Assembly: GCA_030141605.1 (NCBI GenBank) | Contig: JAQGDQ010000367.1 | Span: 1 to 64,000, forward strand | From: Tubiluchus corallicola | Taxonomy: Eukaryota; Animalia; Priapulida | Reading direction: 5' to 3' | DNA: 64,000 bases | Part shown: in pieces, positions 12,794 to 24,954 of the stretch | How the letters are laid out: every line of letters begins with the position of its first letter | How positions within the stretch are numbered: position 1 is the first letter of the stretch | Made by a program: the position numbers and the translations under genes | The notes under the pieces: model-generated | Told to the model about the DNA's origin: nothing | Databases searched by the model: none | The model's input: the letters and a program-made list of their open reading frames with translations, nothing else

Positions 12794-12879
12794 AGCTACC
12801 TCAAGAAGTATGGATACCTGGATGAGCAAGGTCAAAGTTCACAGGACATCGATCCTGGCACGCTAACAACGGCTATACA
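12794..12879 (+). CDS. MMP exon 2 (prodomain)
   Basis: ttttccag|SYLKKYGYL...LTTAI|gttagt. YL.KYGYL is the MMP prodomain helix motif. Confidence 0.92.
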
Positions 12880-13641
12880 GTTAGTAGGACTTTTTTCCTT
12901 CCTTTCGTCTAACCATGATTTAGGCTCGCCTAAAAAGTTGACATATATGTACTATAAGCGTTGCTTAGATGTAAAAGGTACTGGACTAGAGTCACTGCAC
13001 ATAAAATGAGAGATCTATCTAACACGATACGACCTTCTTTGCGTCTCAGTGTAAATCTTTTGACTAGCTTCGAATTGGCTGCAGTATAACGAAGTCTCTA
13101 GAAATGACAAAAATTGTTTTTGTTGTTATTTATGTTTTCTTTTTTCAGAAATTAGGTAATAATAGCCCTAACTCAACGCAAACTATAATAAATAATGACA
13201 ATGTACTTATTTATAAAACACTCTTTCAATATTTTTTTCTAAGGCGCTGTGCAATTAAATAAATATAATTAAATTAAATTAAATTAAATAAATAAAACTG
13301 TGCATAAAACTCTTCAGACAAAATATTAAAAAACTATGATACGGTTTGACCTATCTATAAATCATAAAACTTTTATCACTTATACATGCTTGAAAAGACG
13401 AGTTTTTAGTTTTCTTTTAAAAGAATTTAAATTAGTGTAAGCTGTAATTTCATTTTGTAACTTATTCCAACACTATAGAGCAATCCTTGAAAGTCCTAAA
13501 TCAGCAAAGATTTTCTTTTTATTAAAGGGAACAACAAGTTCTAATTCATTTACTCTGCTAGCTCGTGTGTTCCTGTTACATACACGAAAATGTAAACGAT
13601 CAGCCAAGTCAGCTGGAGCCAGTAATGCTCTGTAAAGTTAA

Positions 13642-14324
13642 AGCACAAGAAATTGGGTATCTGAAGTAGGTTTCAGGAAAATCGCCTTAAAAAATTATAT
13701 TAGTTTATCGTAATTTCATGCGTTTATTGTACTCGCGTTGAAAGGATTTTTTGCTAGTTTTCATTTAAAGTCTCCCGCAATACTGTCCCGAAGTCGCCAT
13801 TACATGACGTCATGTAACAAACGTAAATCAAGGGAAGAAAAGGCAATGTTAAACTATGTCTTAAAAAAACTTTCCATGCAAAATTATATTACTTAGCATT
13901 TCGCTTACCTGCTTGAAAGACTTATGTAACCAGATAAGAAAATCATTAATTTTTTAAAATACTTTCAAAAGTTGGTAAAATGTCGTTAACTCACCCTCCA
14001 GGGTGCACCACTCATTAGCAAAAACGTATTTTAATCTTATTGACAAGATACAGTAATTTTAAATTTTATTTACTTAGTGACGTGTGCGCTACGAATGCCC
14101 TGATTGTTTTTTCAAACTTTGCAAAATGTTATCTAAACTTGTTTCAAATGACTTATCGTCAAAATGGCTGCGTATATGGGTCATCGCGGTAGTTTAAATT
14201 TACATGTTTTATACAGCATGTTTACCGATTGAAGTCCTGTATGTCAAAAGAACAGTATGTGGGTGGCATAAAATTTCAAGACGAATTTTTTAAGCTTTAC
14301 GTAAGTGGAGGGTTTTCTTGTGCT
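13642..14324 (+). mobile_element. Non-autonomous DNA transposon (~680 bp, Kolobok-like), copy A in MMP intron 2
   Basis: TIRs AGCACAAGAAA...TTTCTTGTGCT, preceded by TTAA. Highly similar to 20673-21358 (inverted) and 47513-48184. TTAA target plus AG..CT ends is typical of Kolobok. Confidence 0.85.
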
Positions 14325-14388
14325 TTTTAAAACTAACCGATCTTACAACCCGAACACAGTAAATATTAAAGAGCAACTGTTTTTGCAG

Positions 14389-14561
14389 GCAATTTCAGCA
14401 GATGGCTGACATACCCACGACTGGAAAGTTGGACTACTACACCCTGCGACAGATGAGTTTCCCACGTTGTGGAGTAAAAGACACAGACCCTCCAATTGCC
14501 GCAAACATTCGGAAACGAAGAAGCAAATCTCAAAGCATGAAGCTCAGACAGTCTTTAGGAG
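14389..14561 (+). CDS. MMP exon 3 (cysteine switch and furin site)
   Basis: QFQQMADIPTTGKLD...PRCGVKD...RKRR; acceptor ttttgcag, donor G|gttagc. Confidence 0.95.
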
Positions 14562-15265
14562 GTTAGCCATCACCAAAAATTTAAAAATGTAACAAAAAAG
14601 TAATCTTTCACTTTTGTTGAAGTCAGTTGTTATTAAAATGCATACGCCCATTTCGTGTATGTCCTACATATGATGTGTTATAATGTAGGCCACATTAACA
14701 TGCTTACTGCAATAAAGGCAAAGCAAATCAAAAAGTGAGTATTTTTATCATTGTTTAAGTTAATTTTCTATTGAAAACACGTTGAGTTGAATGCTTTCAC
14801 TTTTCAAACAAAATATTTCATTGAAAGTTTCATCATGACAAAGATCTGAGGTCTAAAGTCCATGGAACTCGTACTTTTTTAATTTGTACACCCTCATCCA
14901 AGTGGCCGACTGAATTGTGTAAATTTGACAACTTCAAAACAAAATGTAAGAATTAACAAGCCAAAAAGTCCTGCCCGCCAGGCACGGTCTTTGACTTTCC
15001 CCATTTGACCAAAGCTGCATTCTAGTACAGCATATTCTCTTCTGGCTCAAGCGTCTTCTTTGTCTGTTTAGGCGTTCTGTGTTGTTCTCGTATTTTGCCA
15101 TTAAACTAAAGGAGAAAAGTAAAGAGAAGAAAATTTTGAAGAAAACGGACGTTTCAACCAGCCCATCCAAAATACTCGGGAAAATCTGTCCACCCTTGAG
15201 CATTACGAGATTGCATTTTGCATTTGCATTTTCCTCTCACACACAACAGTCTTTACTCTTATCGT

Positions 15266-15373
15266 CAGGGCCTATTTCAGGGGGAGGGAAGTGGGGATAC
15301 TTCCACGGGGTCTCACCTTCCAGGGGGGCCTAGCGCCAAGGTAACATTTTTTTGCTTTATACGAACATACTGC

Positions 15374-15472
<99 letters not shown>

Positions 15473-15730
15473 GTCTGTCTTGCCGCACGCGCGCCGTTTG
15501 CCAGTATTGACAAGTATTAAGGACTGGTCTTGAGAATAAAGCAGTTTTTCTTTCAATTGTTCTTTCCTTTAACAACTGTATAACTCCATATTTTCTCTTC
15601 GAAAATGCTTCTCCGGCGTTCTAGCAGTTCAAAAATTTTCTGGGCGCCCGGCGCTTCGTCCCCTCCCGCCCCCGAGGGGGCCTCACACGCCCCACTTCCC
15701 CGGGCCTCGCTTAGGCTGAAATAGGCCCTG
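15266..15730 (+). mobile_element. hAT-type MITE carrying an internal (CT)n tract, copy 1
   Basis: TIR CAGGGCCTATTTCA...TGAAATAGGCCCTG; 8-bp TSD cttatcgt/cgtatcgt (7/8); near-identical to 23272-23630. Confidence 0.92.
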
Positions 15731-16160
15731 CGTATCGTCGCCCGCGCTTTCCTGCAGGCGAGAAATGATACTTATGGAACAGGAAGACATCGCAAGTAAA
15801 ACTTCTGACACTTTCGTATCTATGAATAAAAACTTGAATGGCACGTTTAAACTCGGTGAACACCATGTATTTGATTTAATCTCACGAAGGCAAATAATTG
15901 ATTTGGATTATAACTAGTATGACAACCCCTGAAAACGACAATGAAAATGGAAAATTACTTTACCAGTGCTTAAACTAAAGCACAGCTGTTACTTATTAAA
16001 TATTACTCATCTATAAAATGATTAAAATATTTCAATTTTTCTGTTATTAGTTTCTAATGCATTTCCTTCAAAGTCTTCCTGATGGAAGACGAAAACCTTT
16101 AACGAAAAATGTAGCAAAATTTCGGCAAAATGATGTCAATGATTTTATGCAACTTTTCAG

Positions 16161-16359
16161 CTGGCTTCTTCAGTCGATGGTGGTTCAAGTGTGACTTCAC
16201 TTGGAATGTGTTAAATGGTCATCCCTTCAGGGACCATGAAGCCACAAGGGTGCTGTTCAGACGAGCCATCAAACAATGGGAAGACGCTGTAAATAGAGGT
16301 CGCTTTAAACCTGTGCTCACATTTACTGAAGTCGTCGATAGAAATGACACTGACCTTCA
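16161..16359 (+). CDS. MMP exon 4 (catalytic domain start)
   Basis: RWWFKCDFTWNV...FRRAIKQWE...LTFTEV...DTDL; cttttcag / gtaagt, phases fit. Confidence 0.92.
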
Positions 16360-16675
16360 GTAAGTAACTCTGCCAAGTGAGTGATATAAACAACCCACTC
16401 AGAGCTTTAAGCACCAATGACTGGGATGGAATTAGTACGTGTTAGAGACACAGAATAGCAATGAGTAAACGTAATTTATAGTCAGTGGTTAAAGAGATGT
16501 ATATTGAGTTAAGAAAGCAGTAACTCTAACACTTACTTCAACGTCCCCCAATTCCTATTTATTCTGAACTGACCCAAGTGCTCATGTTAGTTCTTCTGTT
16601 AGTTGAGTTGTTTCTAACTAAACCTGGGTTACTTCAATTAGGCGTTTTTAGGTTTAATTCTGGTAACCCATGTAA

Positions 16676-17003
16676 CCTAATCAAGGAGCTCAGCATGGAT
16701 ATCCGCTCAATGGAATCCCTTGCACGAGATCGCTCAGCATGGGGGAGTGCCATCACCACAGGGGCTAAGACAGCAGAGGCGAAAAGAATTGAGGAGGCAG
16801 AGGAGAAGCGCAGGAGACACTGCCCAACAACAGGTCCAAACACCCAGCCTCACCTGTGCCAAATGCCAAAGAAGTTTCCAGGCCAGAATTGGCCTAGTCA
16901 GTCACCTTCGAGCTCATCAAAGGAATGGCAAACCCCCCCCCCCCAAACTGACCTTTTATCCCTGTCACTATGGTCATCTTCGCTTCGAAGGGACGAACAT
17001 TAT
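16676..17003 (+). mobile_element. 5'-truncated RTE-clade LINE 3' end in MMP intron 4
   Basis: MESLARDRSAWGSAI...RIEEAEEKRRR, then a frameshifted C2H2 finger CAKCQRSFQARIGLVSHLRAH, then an RTE-like 3' tail atggtcatcttcg...ggacgaacat. GC content is elevated relative to the flanks. Confidence 0.85.
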
Positions 17004-17674
17004 GTTACAAAAGGTCCGTTATTGTGCAAAAAAGGTCACCAAAAATATTAATATCTTAAGTAGTGAAATCAGTTCAGTTTAGTCTTAACGAGACATAGAT
17101 TAAACTAGTAACATAATTTAACATAAAGGTAAAAATCGCTATCATTTTATCAGTACTCGATGGATGGAAGAATCGGTTTCAAGATACTGACACTTTTACT
17201 AAAACGCTCAAAACTATTCTGACATTTTCATAGAAGGTGAGAGCAACTTCTCTTTTTCGTAGGTAATGCTCTGTGATACCAGAGAATTTAAAGTCATTTT
17301 AAGTAATAAAAGCTTCAATTTCTCTGATGGTACCTTTTATCAGTAATAACAGTTTCAAATTTTGGGCAACCAAATGAGATTCAAGTAACAGACAAACAGA
17401 TAATGGCGAAGTTACGTTTAAAGAATGTAAATTTTTGAATTTACAATTTAAATGTAAAGTAATGTGTGCTATGAGTCAGTAACCTCAGGATATCAGAATT
17501 CTATCTGCGTGACAGAATTCGATCAATATTATTCAATGTCTGTCATTCGGTCAATGTCTGTCATTCTACAAATTTCACTTTTATCATTAACGAGGGGTTA
17601 TCGTGTCAGTGTTGCGTCACAATACAGTCACTAAACATTGTTAAACTAATAGGTCTACCGTACACATTGCACTA

Positions 17675-18412
17675 TATAGGTTTTACATGTCAAATGTAGA
17701 CCTGCGTTAACTCAAATGTAGATTTAGGTAATTCAAATGTGTCTTGGTAACTCAAATGTAGACTTAGGTAGTTCAAATGTGTTAACAATGGTTTTCAACA
17801 AATCTTGAGCGCTTTTGGTAAGTCAAATGTAGACGCATGTCAAGTCAAATGTGACATTAGTATCTCACATGTGGATAGGTGGTAAAGCTTAAGGATGTTA
17901 AATTTAGTCTTCTTTAATTTCAATTTAATCATAATTTAAGTTAAAATAACAATGTTATAGGCCTACTAATAGTTCACTAATATTCTGTAAACTTTACATA
18001 CCATTGGAACTGTTAGAGAAAACAATACATTCTTAAAATAAACAATGTTTCTTGAGAGAAACTAATTCAGTAATGCAGTGCTAATGCACTACTTAAAAAA
18101 CTAATTAGTGATTCACTGTTCATTGGGTAGTGGGAACCAATTTATTCTTTTCTACCGACGTTATGGTTTATCAAAGAATTTAGTTTGAGGATAAACAACG
18201 CATTTTTCAAAGTTATGAGAGAGGTGATAACTATATTTGGTTTAGCTTTTGTAATTTGCACTTAAATGAGCTAATTACCGATTTATTCAAAGTAATGCAT
18301 CTACATTTGACTTACCTAAGTCACATTTGAGTTACCAAAACACCTTTGAAATTCTTATGTCTACATTTGACTTACCTAAGTCACATTTGAACTTTCCTTT
18401 TCACATTTGAAC
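17675..18412. mobile_element. Foldback-type MITE with tcaaatgt subterminal repeats (long copy, right TIR eroded)
   Basis: Left end tataggttttacatgtcaaatgtagacc matches 28327 onward; inverted acatttga repeats at 18300-18412. Confidence 0.8.
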
Positions 18413-19210
18413 TAGGCCTAAACGATAAATTGTTTGTATTTAAACTACGCCTACATTGTCTCATTTAGTTGTCTTGATATATGTGTGTGGTTGTAACTTA
18501 GGGAGATTTTTTTGTTAAACCATGTTCGCGATTCTCATATGTTTAGTTAAATTTAATTTAATTACAGCGGCTTTTTAAAACAGACAATGTCTGATGCACG
18601 TATCTCCACGGTGCAAGTGCTGAGTGGAAACTGAATACTATATGTTTTACTAATGACACACTTTTATTGCAAAAACAGGCCTAATTGTATAGCCAGCGGC
18701 CTGTGAGAAAAGTGATTTATTACAAATTCAGACACTAGCGACATCCATTTAAAAAATTGATGTGTTAAATCGGCAATTCTCAATTTTGCTCATATCTGTC
18801 TTCTAGACACATGACTGAAGACAATGCTAATCTATTATTAATAAGTATTCAAATGTATCATTATTTTTAGAACTACATACATAAAATGTGGGTTGTTTTA
18901 CCAGTGGGGGTTATAGCAGGCTAGTCCAAAGACTTATCAGTGGTAGTGAACCTAAATGCTTACTGCTTCTCTGCCAGAAATAGTTCTGAGCAAAGATAAA
19001 GTAATAATAAAAATACTATTACCACCGATCCTGTTAGCTAGTCAGGTAATGAACTTCTTGTGTATCTAGAATTTGCTGTGATTCTTCCAGCAATAACTAC
19101 ACTTAGTTTTACAAGTCAAGTGTTGCTTTTGATAAGCAGAACGAGTTGAGAGGTAGACCTTGTTTTTTATCATAAGAAAAAAATCACAGAATTGTTTTGT
19201 GTTTTTACAG

Positions 19211-19329
19211 ATTCAGCTATCAGTCAAAAAACCATGGTGATAACAATAACTTTGATGGTCCTGCCGGTGTGCTTGCCCATGCGTTCTTTCCTTACATCAG
19301 TGGCGAATACGAAGGTCTACTTCATATCG
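19211..19329 (+). CDS. MMP exon 5 (structural Zn/Ca sites)
   Basis: HGDNNNFDGPAGVLAHAFFP...GLLHI; tttttacag / gtaagc. Confidence 0.96.
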
Positions 19330-19906
19330 GTAAGCGGAACGATAATTAATCGAACAAATAGATCGTCTTGAACGCTTAATTTCCATACCTTTTTCTCATT
19401 TCAGTGCATTTCAAATTAAAACTAAAGACTCGTTACACTACTGTATTCAAACTTTATACTACGTAATAAAAACCGCTACTTAAGCATTGGTTGTTGTATT
19501 GTACATATACTATTGGGAACCTCTGCTCATCCTTGATAAAGAGTCAGTTTACAAACATTTCACTGAGTAGGCCGTGCATTTGCATGCCTGCAGCTTGTAG
19601 TGCCCGACGTGTGTAAAAATATTTTGGTCTTTGCTTTAAAAAGGTACTCATTTCTAAGACTTACTCTTTCTTGCGATAAATGGCGATGGCGCCACATTCG
19701 ATCACATTTAGCACTTGGGCGAACTGGTTGTTTGACCGGCCGCTTTTTCTACGACGGAAATTTTTAACTAAAAATAAGATTGCAACTTACAGAATTTTAA
19801 TATATTAAAATCCCAGGGTTAATTCACCAAGTCCCAAATCACTTGCACAGTTATTGGCATTTATAACTCGCCTTTATTTAACTATCTGGCATTTTTGCTC
19901 TTTCAG

Positions 19907-20104
19907 ATGCTGATGAAAATTGGAAAGGGCTCTCTCCTGTAGGACAACTCTTGTATTACGTTATCCTACACGAACTAGGTCACGTGTTCGGTTTGACGCA
20001 TAGCAACAAACAAGAGACGGTCATGTACAGTTTCTTAGGTTACAGTAGAGCCAAAATAAGGAGACTACATCAAGAAGACATTGACAGGATACGTAAACAT
20101 TATG
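19907..20104 (+). CDS. MMP exon 6 (catalytic zinc motif and Met-turn)
   Basis: DADENW...HELGHVFGLTHS...VMYS...LHQEDIDRIRKHY; HExxHxxGxxH intact; donor G|gtaaat. Confidence 0.97.
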
Positions 20105-20119
20105 GTAAATGTTTCAAAG

Positions 20120-20629
20120 CAGTGGCGGCTCGCGTATAGGTACTGTGGAACTGCAACGCCCCCTGTTTTCACTCATTATTATCGATAATATTCAATATAA
20201 TAATCTTTACTTTAGTTCTTTCTTTATACTTGTGCGGAACCGGAGCACCTGAGGGAAGTACAATTTGCTTCACAGCCCAAGCAACATGGTGTTTGGCTGC
20301 TGTGCGCATGCGACCATGCGCACATGTCTGAGATAAGACGCTGTCCTTTTGGTAGAAAAAGTGCTGTCGCTACTGCAGTACGTGTTGTCAGTGGTCACGT
20401 GCTTAAAAGCCGTGTATCGGCATATTCTTGAGCTGCGACGATTTACGCTATTCATAAGAAAACAATATTTTTTGCTTATCAATGCTCTGATTAAATTAGT
20501 TTGTTTAAAATTACAATTACAACATTATAATTACATATGTTTGTTTCGTTTTACATAGTATTAAAACAATGGATAAAAAAGTTTTAATGTTGCAGCAACC
20601 CCACTAATTTTAGCTACGAGCCGCCATTG
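20120..20629. mobile_element. hAT-type MITE 15 nt downstream of the MMP exon 6 donor
   Basis: TIR CAGTGGCGGCTCG...CGAGCCGCCATTG; 8-bp TSD tttcaaag/tttcacag (7/8). Confidence 0.88.
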
Positions 20630-20672
20630 TTTCACAGTGATTAATCAAAAATACAACGCTAATAAAGCTTAA

Positions 20673-21358
20673 AGCACAAGAAAACCCTTCATAAACATAA
20701 AGCTTGAAAAATTCGTTTTGAAATTTTATATCACTTACATACTGCCTTTTTGCATGCAGGACTTCAATCGGCAGTCACGCTGTATAAAACATGTAAATTT
20801 AAACTCCCGCGATGACCGTTAGACGCAGCCATTTTCACGACAGGTCATTTGAAACAAGTTTAGGTAACATTGTGCAAAGTTTGAAAAAAATAATCAGAGC
20901 ATTCGTAGCGCACAAGTCACAAACTAAATAAAATTTAAAATTACTGTATCTTGTCAATAAGATTAAAAATACGTTTTTTGGTTAGTGAGTGGTGCACCCT
21001 GGAGGGTGAGTCAGCGAAATTTTTACCAATTGGTGAAAGCATTTTAAATAATTAATAATTTTCTTTTCTAGTTGCATAAGTCTTTCTAGTAGGTAAGGGA
21101 AAATCTAAGTAATATAGATTTGCAAGGAAAGTTTTTTGAGATATAATTTAACATTGCCTTTTTTTCTCTTGATTTACGTTTGCTACATGACGTCGTGTAA
21201 TGGCGACTTCGGAACAGTATTGCGGGAGATTTAAAATGAAAACAAACTAAAATTCCTTTCAGTGCGAGTAAGATATACGCATAAAATTGTCATAATGTAA
21301 CATAATTTTTTAAGGCGATTTTTCTGAAACCTACTTCAGGTACCTCTTTTCTTGTCCT
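20673..21358 (-). mobile_element. Kolobok-like non-autonomous element, copy B in MMP intron 6
   Basis: ttaa|agcacaagaaaa ... ttttcttgtcct; reverse complement of copies A and C along its length. Confidence 0.85.
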
Positions 21359-22546
21359 TTTATGCAAGGAATTTTACTTCCTTTCTTTCATTGCTCATGA
21401 TAAGCATGAGCTGATACATTATATGTTGTGACACGGTATTAAAATTGAAGAATTGTTCTCAGTTAAAGTTCATTCAGTTAGTGTCGACCAACCCGTATCT
21501 TTTTGCTAAGTAAACTAACACGGTGACGTTCTACCAACGCGTCACTGTCATCACTGGGTCGGTTGCTGCACCATGCAGCAACAGAGTATTGGGAAACAAG
21601 ACACTTCAGCAGTGTTCTTGGGTAAGCAAAATTCACTCCTCAACGTCCAGATTAAAGATCTTTTCCCACATTAGATTTTCTAGTTATTGTGTTATCCAGA
21701 AACCGCAACAAAATATCCTTTGACTTCCACTACAGGCATTATAGAAAATTAACAGGTTGTCTCATCTTATGAATCTCGGTTTTAACCTAATATTCTTATT
21801 ACGTCACTACCAGCAACTTCCTCCACGAACACGACCTTCTAGATTTCTTCCATGAACACAACTTTTTTGCTGTTAACATCATTATTTTTATTTTCTCATC
21901 AACATCCATCGTTTTCACTGTCACTGTCACCATCATCATCATCGTCGCGCTCACTACCTGCCGTCAGTGTCATCACCCTCGTTGTCATTATCAGCCTAAG
22001 TAGCCATTAGCCAATGCTTCCGGTGTATTTTTCAAGCATGTAGTGCCCAAGTGGTTACCGTCCATGCCTCACTGCCTGCATATCTTCATGCAGAACAGTT
22101 TACTGCCAATGTGTCTTACAGTAATTACTGTGTATTCACTTCCCGTGGGGATGGCCAATACCCAAATGTTCACTGGCCAAGTCAATTACTCAACTTTTCA
22201 CACCCTAGATGTCGTTACTCTAGTCACTGCGCAAGCGCCATTACCTTAATATTCTAAGCCGAAGTGCCCGAGCGTTTTCTACCCAAGCGTCACTGCCAAA
22301 GAATTCACAGCCTTGAGTATCTGCTTACCTAAGTCTAGTGCACTGTCTAAGAGTCGTCCATGGCAATATTAGTTTACCGAGGTGTCCACAACCCGCCCCC
22401 GAATGTCTATTGACCAGTTATGGCGATTTCTTACAAGCAGTCCAGTCAAGAAATCATGAAAACACATTTCACAGTTATTTAGTTTGCATTTCAGAAATAC
22501 TTATTGCTCAGCTTTTGTTTTCATTCTTGCTGTTATTATTTGACAG

Positions 22547-22644
22547 TCTTCCGATTCTGTGATATCTACGGGAAAAAAAGGACAAGAACCGGGATAACGA
22601 GGAACTACAAAGATTCCAAACACACGCCTACAACTGTTGAATGA
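22547..22644 (+). CDS. Probable MMP terminal exon 7 (short basic tail, no hemopexin domain)
   Basis: Long pyrimidine tract plus tttgacag acceptor. The phase-1 join gives VFRFCDIYGKKRTRTGITRNYKDSKHTPTTVE*. AATAAA at 22720-22725. Total CDS 1122 nt (373 aa). Confidence 0.6.
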
Positions 22645-23271
22645 GCAAAGGAGTGATATGCATACGTGTTCGAGTGCGCCTTCCTCCCTCGGGCGCAGTG
22701 ACACCCTATTTGCTGGTTCAATAAAACGGTTAACCTGCTGCTGTATATAGGAAATGTTCGTTTCATGATGATAATTATTTATTAGTGTTCCATCATGCGT
22801 GTATTAAATTTGTTCAGGTTAATAAAAGATCAGAAACAACAATTTTGATTATAGACTATTATGTCATAACGGATTAGACTATCTACACTATAATAACACC
22901 ATTATGCAGTTTATCAAATGCTGATAATGATCTACCTTCGAATCTTCTGACCTTCAAAATACGCGACACTAACCTTTCAAACATTCTTACATCATAAATG
23001 GTGGTTGCACATACGGTACAGTTTTTACGTACAGTAACACACTTTCACACGTAATAGCTTGAGCAACTTTAATACTCTGGCCCTGGGTCAACTGGGCGAT
23101 TAGACAAGGTCCGTATAAACGGTTAGGGAAGGCAGCTTGTCCATTTTGGTTCAGTAAAACTCGAAGTCGACTGAGAGTTCTAAAAAGATCGACAAGCAGC
23201 TTGAAAGGTCGGCCTTTCATTGGATGACTGGAAAAATCGTCAAAAAAGTTTTAAAGTAAAACAATTCTAAT

Positions 23272-23630
23272 CAGGGCCTATTTCAAGGGGGGGGGGAGTG
23301 GGGATACTTCCCCGGGGCCTCACTCTCCAGGGGGGCTTCGCGCCAAGGTAACATTTTTTTGCTCTATGCGAACATACTGCCTCCTCTCTCCCTCTCTCTC
23401 TTGCCGCACGCGCGCCGTTTGCCAGCATTGACAAGTATTAAGGACTGGTCTTGAGAATAAAACAGTTTTTCTTTCAATTGTTCTTTCCTTTAACAACTGT
23501 ATAACTCCACATTTTCTCTTCGAAAATGCTTCTCCGGCGTTCTAGCAGTTCAAAAACTTTCTGGGCGCCAACCGAGGGGGCCTCACACGTCCCACTTCCC
23601 CGGGCCTCGCCTAGGCTGAAATAGGCCCTG
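23272..23630 (+). mobile_element. hAT-type MITE, copy 2
   Basis: Same TIRs; perfect 8-bp TSD attctaat (23264-23271 and 23631-23638). Confidence 0.95.
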
Positions 23631-24098
23631 ATTCTAATTGGCTGTGTGCCACAAGTTCATATATATTTAATGAGTATACGGTACACGTTAACTTAAAATA
23701 CAATGTCAGGAAAGCTTTAAGGTTTCGTACACTTGACATAATCCACGATCCATGATTTTGTAAATAGTTTCTTCAATGAACACCTTATGAATTAAACAGA
23801 AAAGTCTGGCGATTTATTGTAGCATTGAGCCGTAGTTTGCGTTTCGAGTATTTTGAATGATGACCTTTCTAACCTTGATCTTGATTTAGTTTTTTTTGCA
23901 TCCTTTTAATATTTACTGGGTTTATTGAAGAGGCACGTGTCACAAAGGAGTTAAGATACCGCGTTTTTTAAGTTGATATCTTTGACTTTAGATAACTTGT
24001 GACTGTATCGCGTAATAATTCTGCGTTTTTATGAGAAATTCCAATAATTAACAGTAAAAAAATCAGCTTATCAACTCGCTGTTACACTGTGCTTTTAC

Positions 24099-24107
24099 AG
24101 GGAGAGG

Positions 24108-24194
<87 letters not shown>

Positions 24195-24208
24195 TGGGTG
24201 AGAGAGAG
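24099..24208. repeat. (AG)n microsatellite
   Basis: Direct reading. Confidence 0.95.
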
Positions 24209-24954
24209 TTACTGTTTCTTTTGATAATGAACAAAGACGCCTGAAGACTCGCTGTTACACATTTGTTGCTTTTCTTTTTTACTATTTTTTATACAAGGTG
24301 TTTCACTAAATATTACTACAATATCACGGTAAACACGGTAAAAAGGATAATCCAGTCAAATGTATTGCAAAATGCTACGTGCTTCACTTGGGTAGAATCG
24401 AATCAGAAAGCACGAAAATTTTTCAAAGACGATAAAATTTTACAAAATTGCCCTTAATCAAGAAGTGTGCGACATTAAATGCCAATCCTTCATGAGCTAA
24501 CAACAATCCTTCACCACTTCACCCATCTTTCATTATATTAATCCTTCATCTAAACATCACCCAAACCATAATTCCTCTATCAGGGTATCCTTACAAGCTT
24601 CCGCTTCCGAATCATCTGCATCCCAAGTAATGATATTGCTGTGTTTTTATTACTGAACTTGTTATGTATTTTGCTTGAGATGGGTGGAATAAATTACTAT
24701 AATTATAACTACTATAACTGTGCGCAGCATAAGAGAATTGGAACTTTGGCAGTGTAATCTTTGATAATTACACTGTACATCATTATAATCTCGACTAAAC
24801 TATTCTTTCAATTCTATTTTAATAATTTTCAAAATAATAAAGTCTTTGTAAACACCCTGGCTATGATATTATTTTTATTATGGAGTTACGAACATTAGCA
24901 AGCCTACTTTCATCTTATACAGGTGCAGACCAGTTAATTAGATTCTTAATTTGG

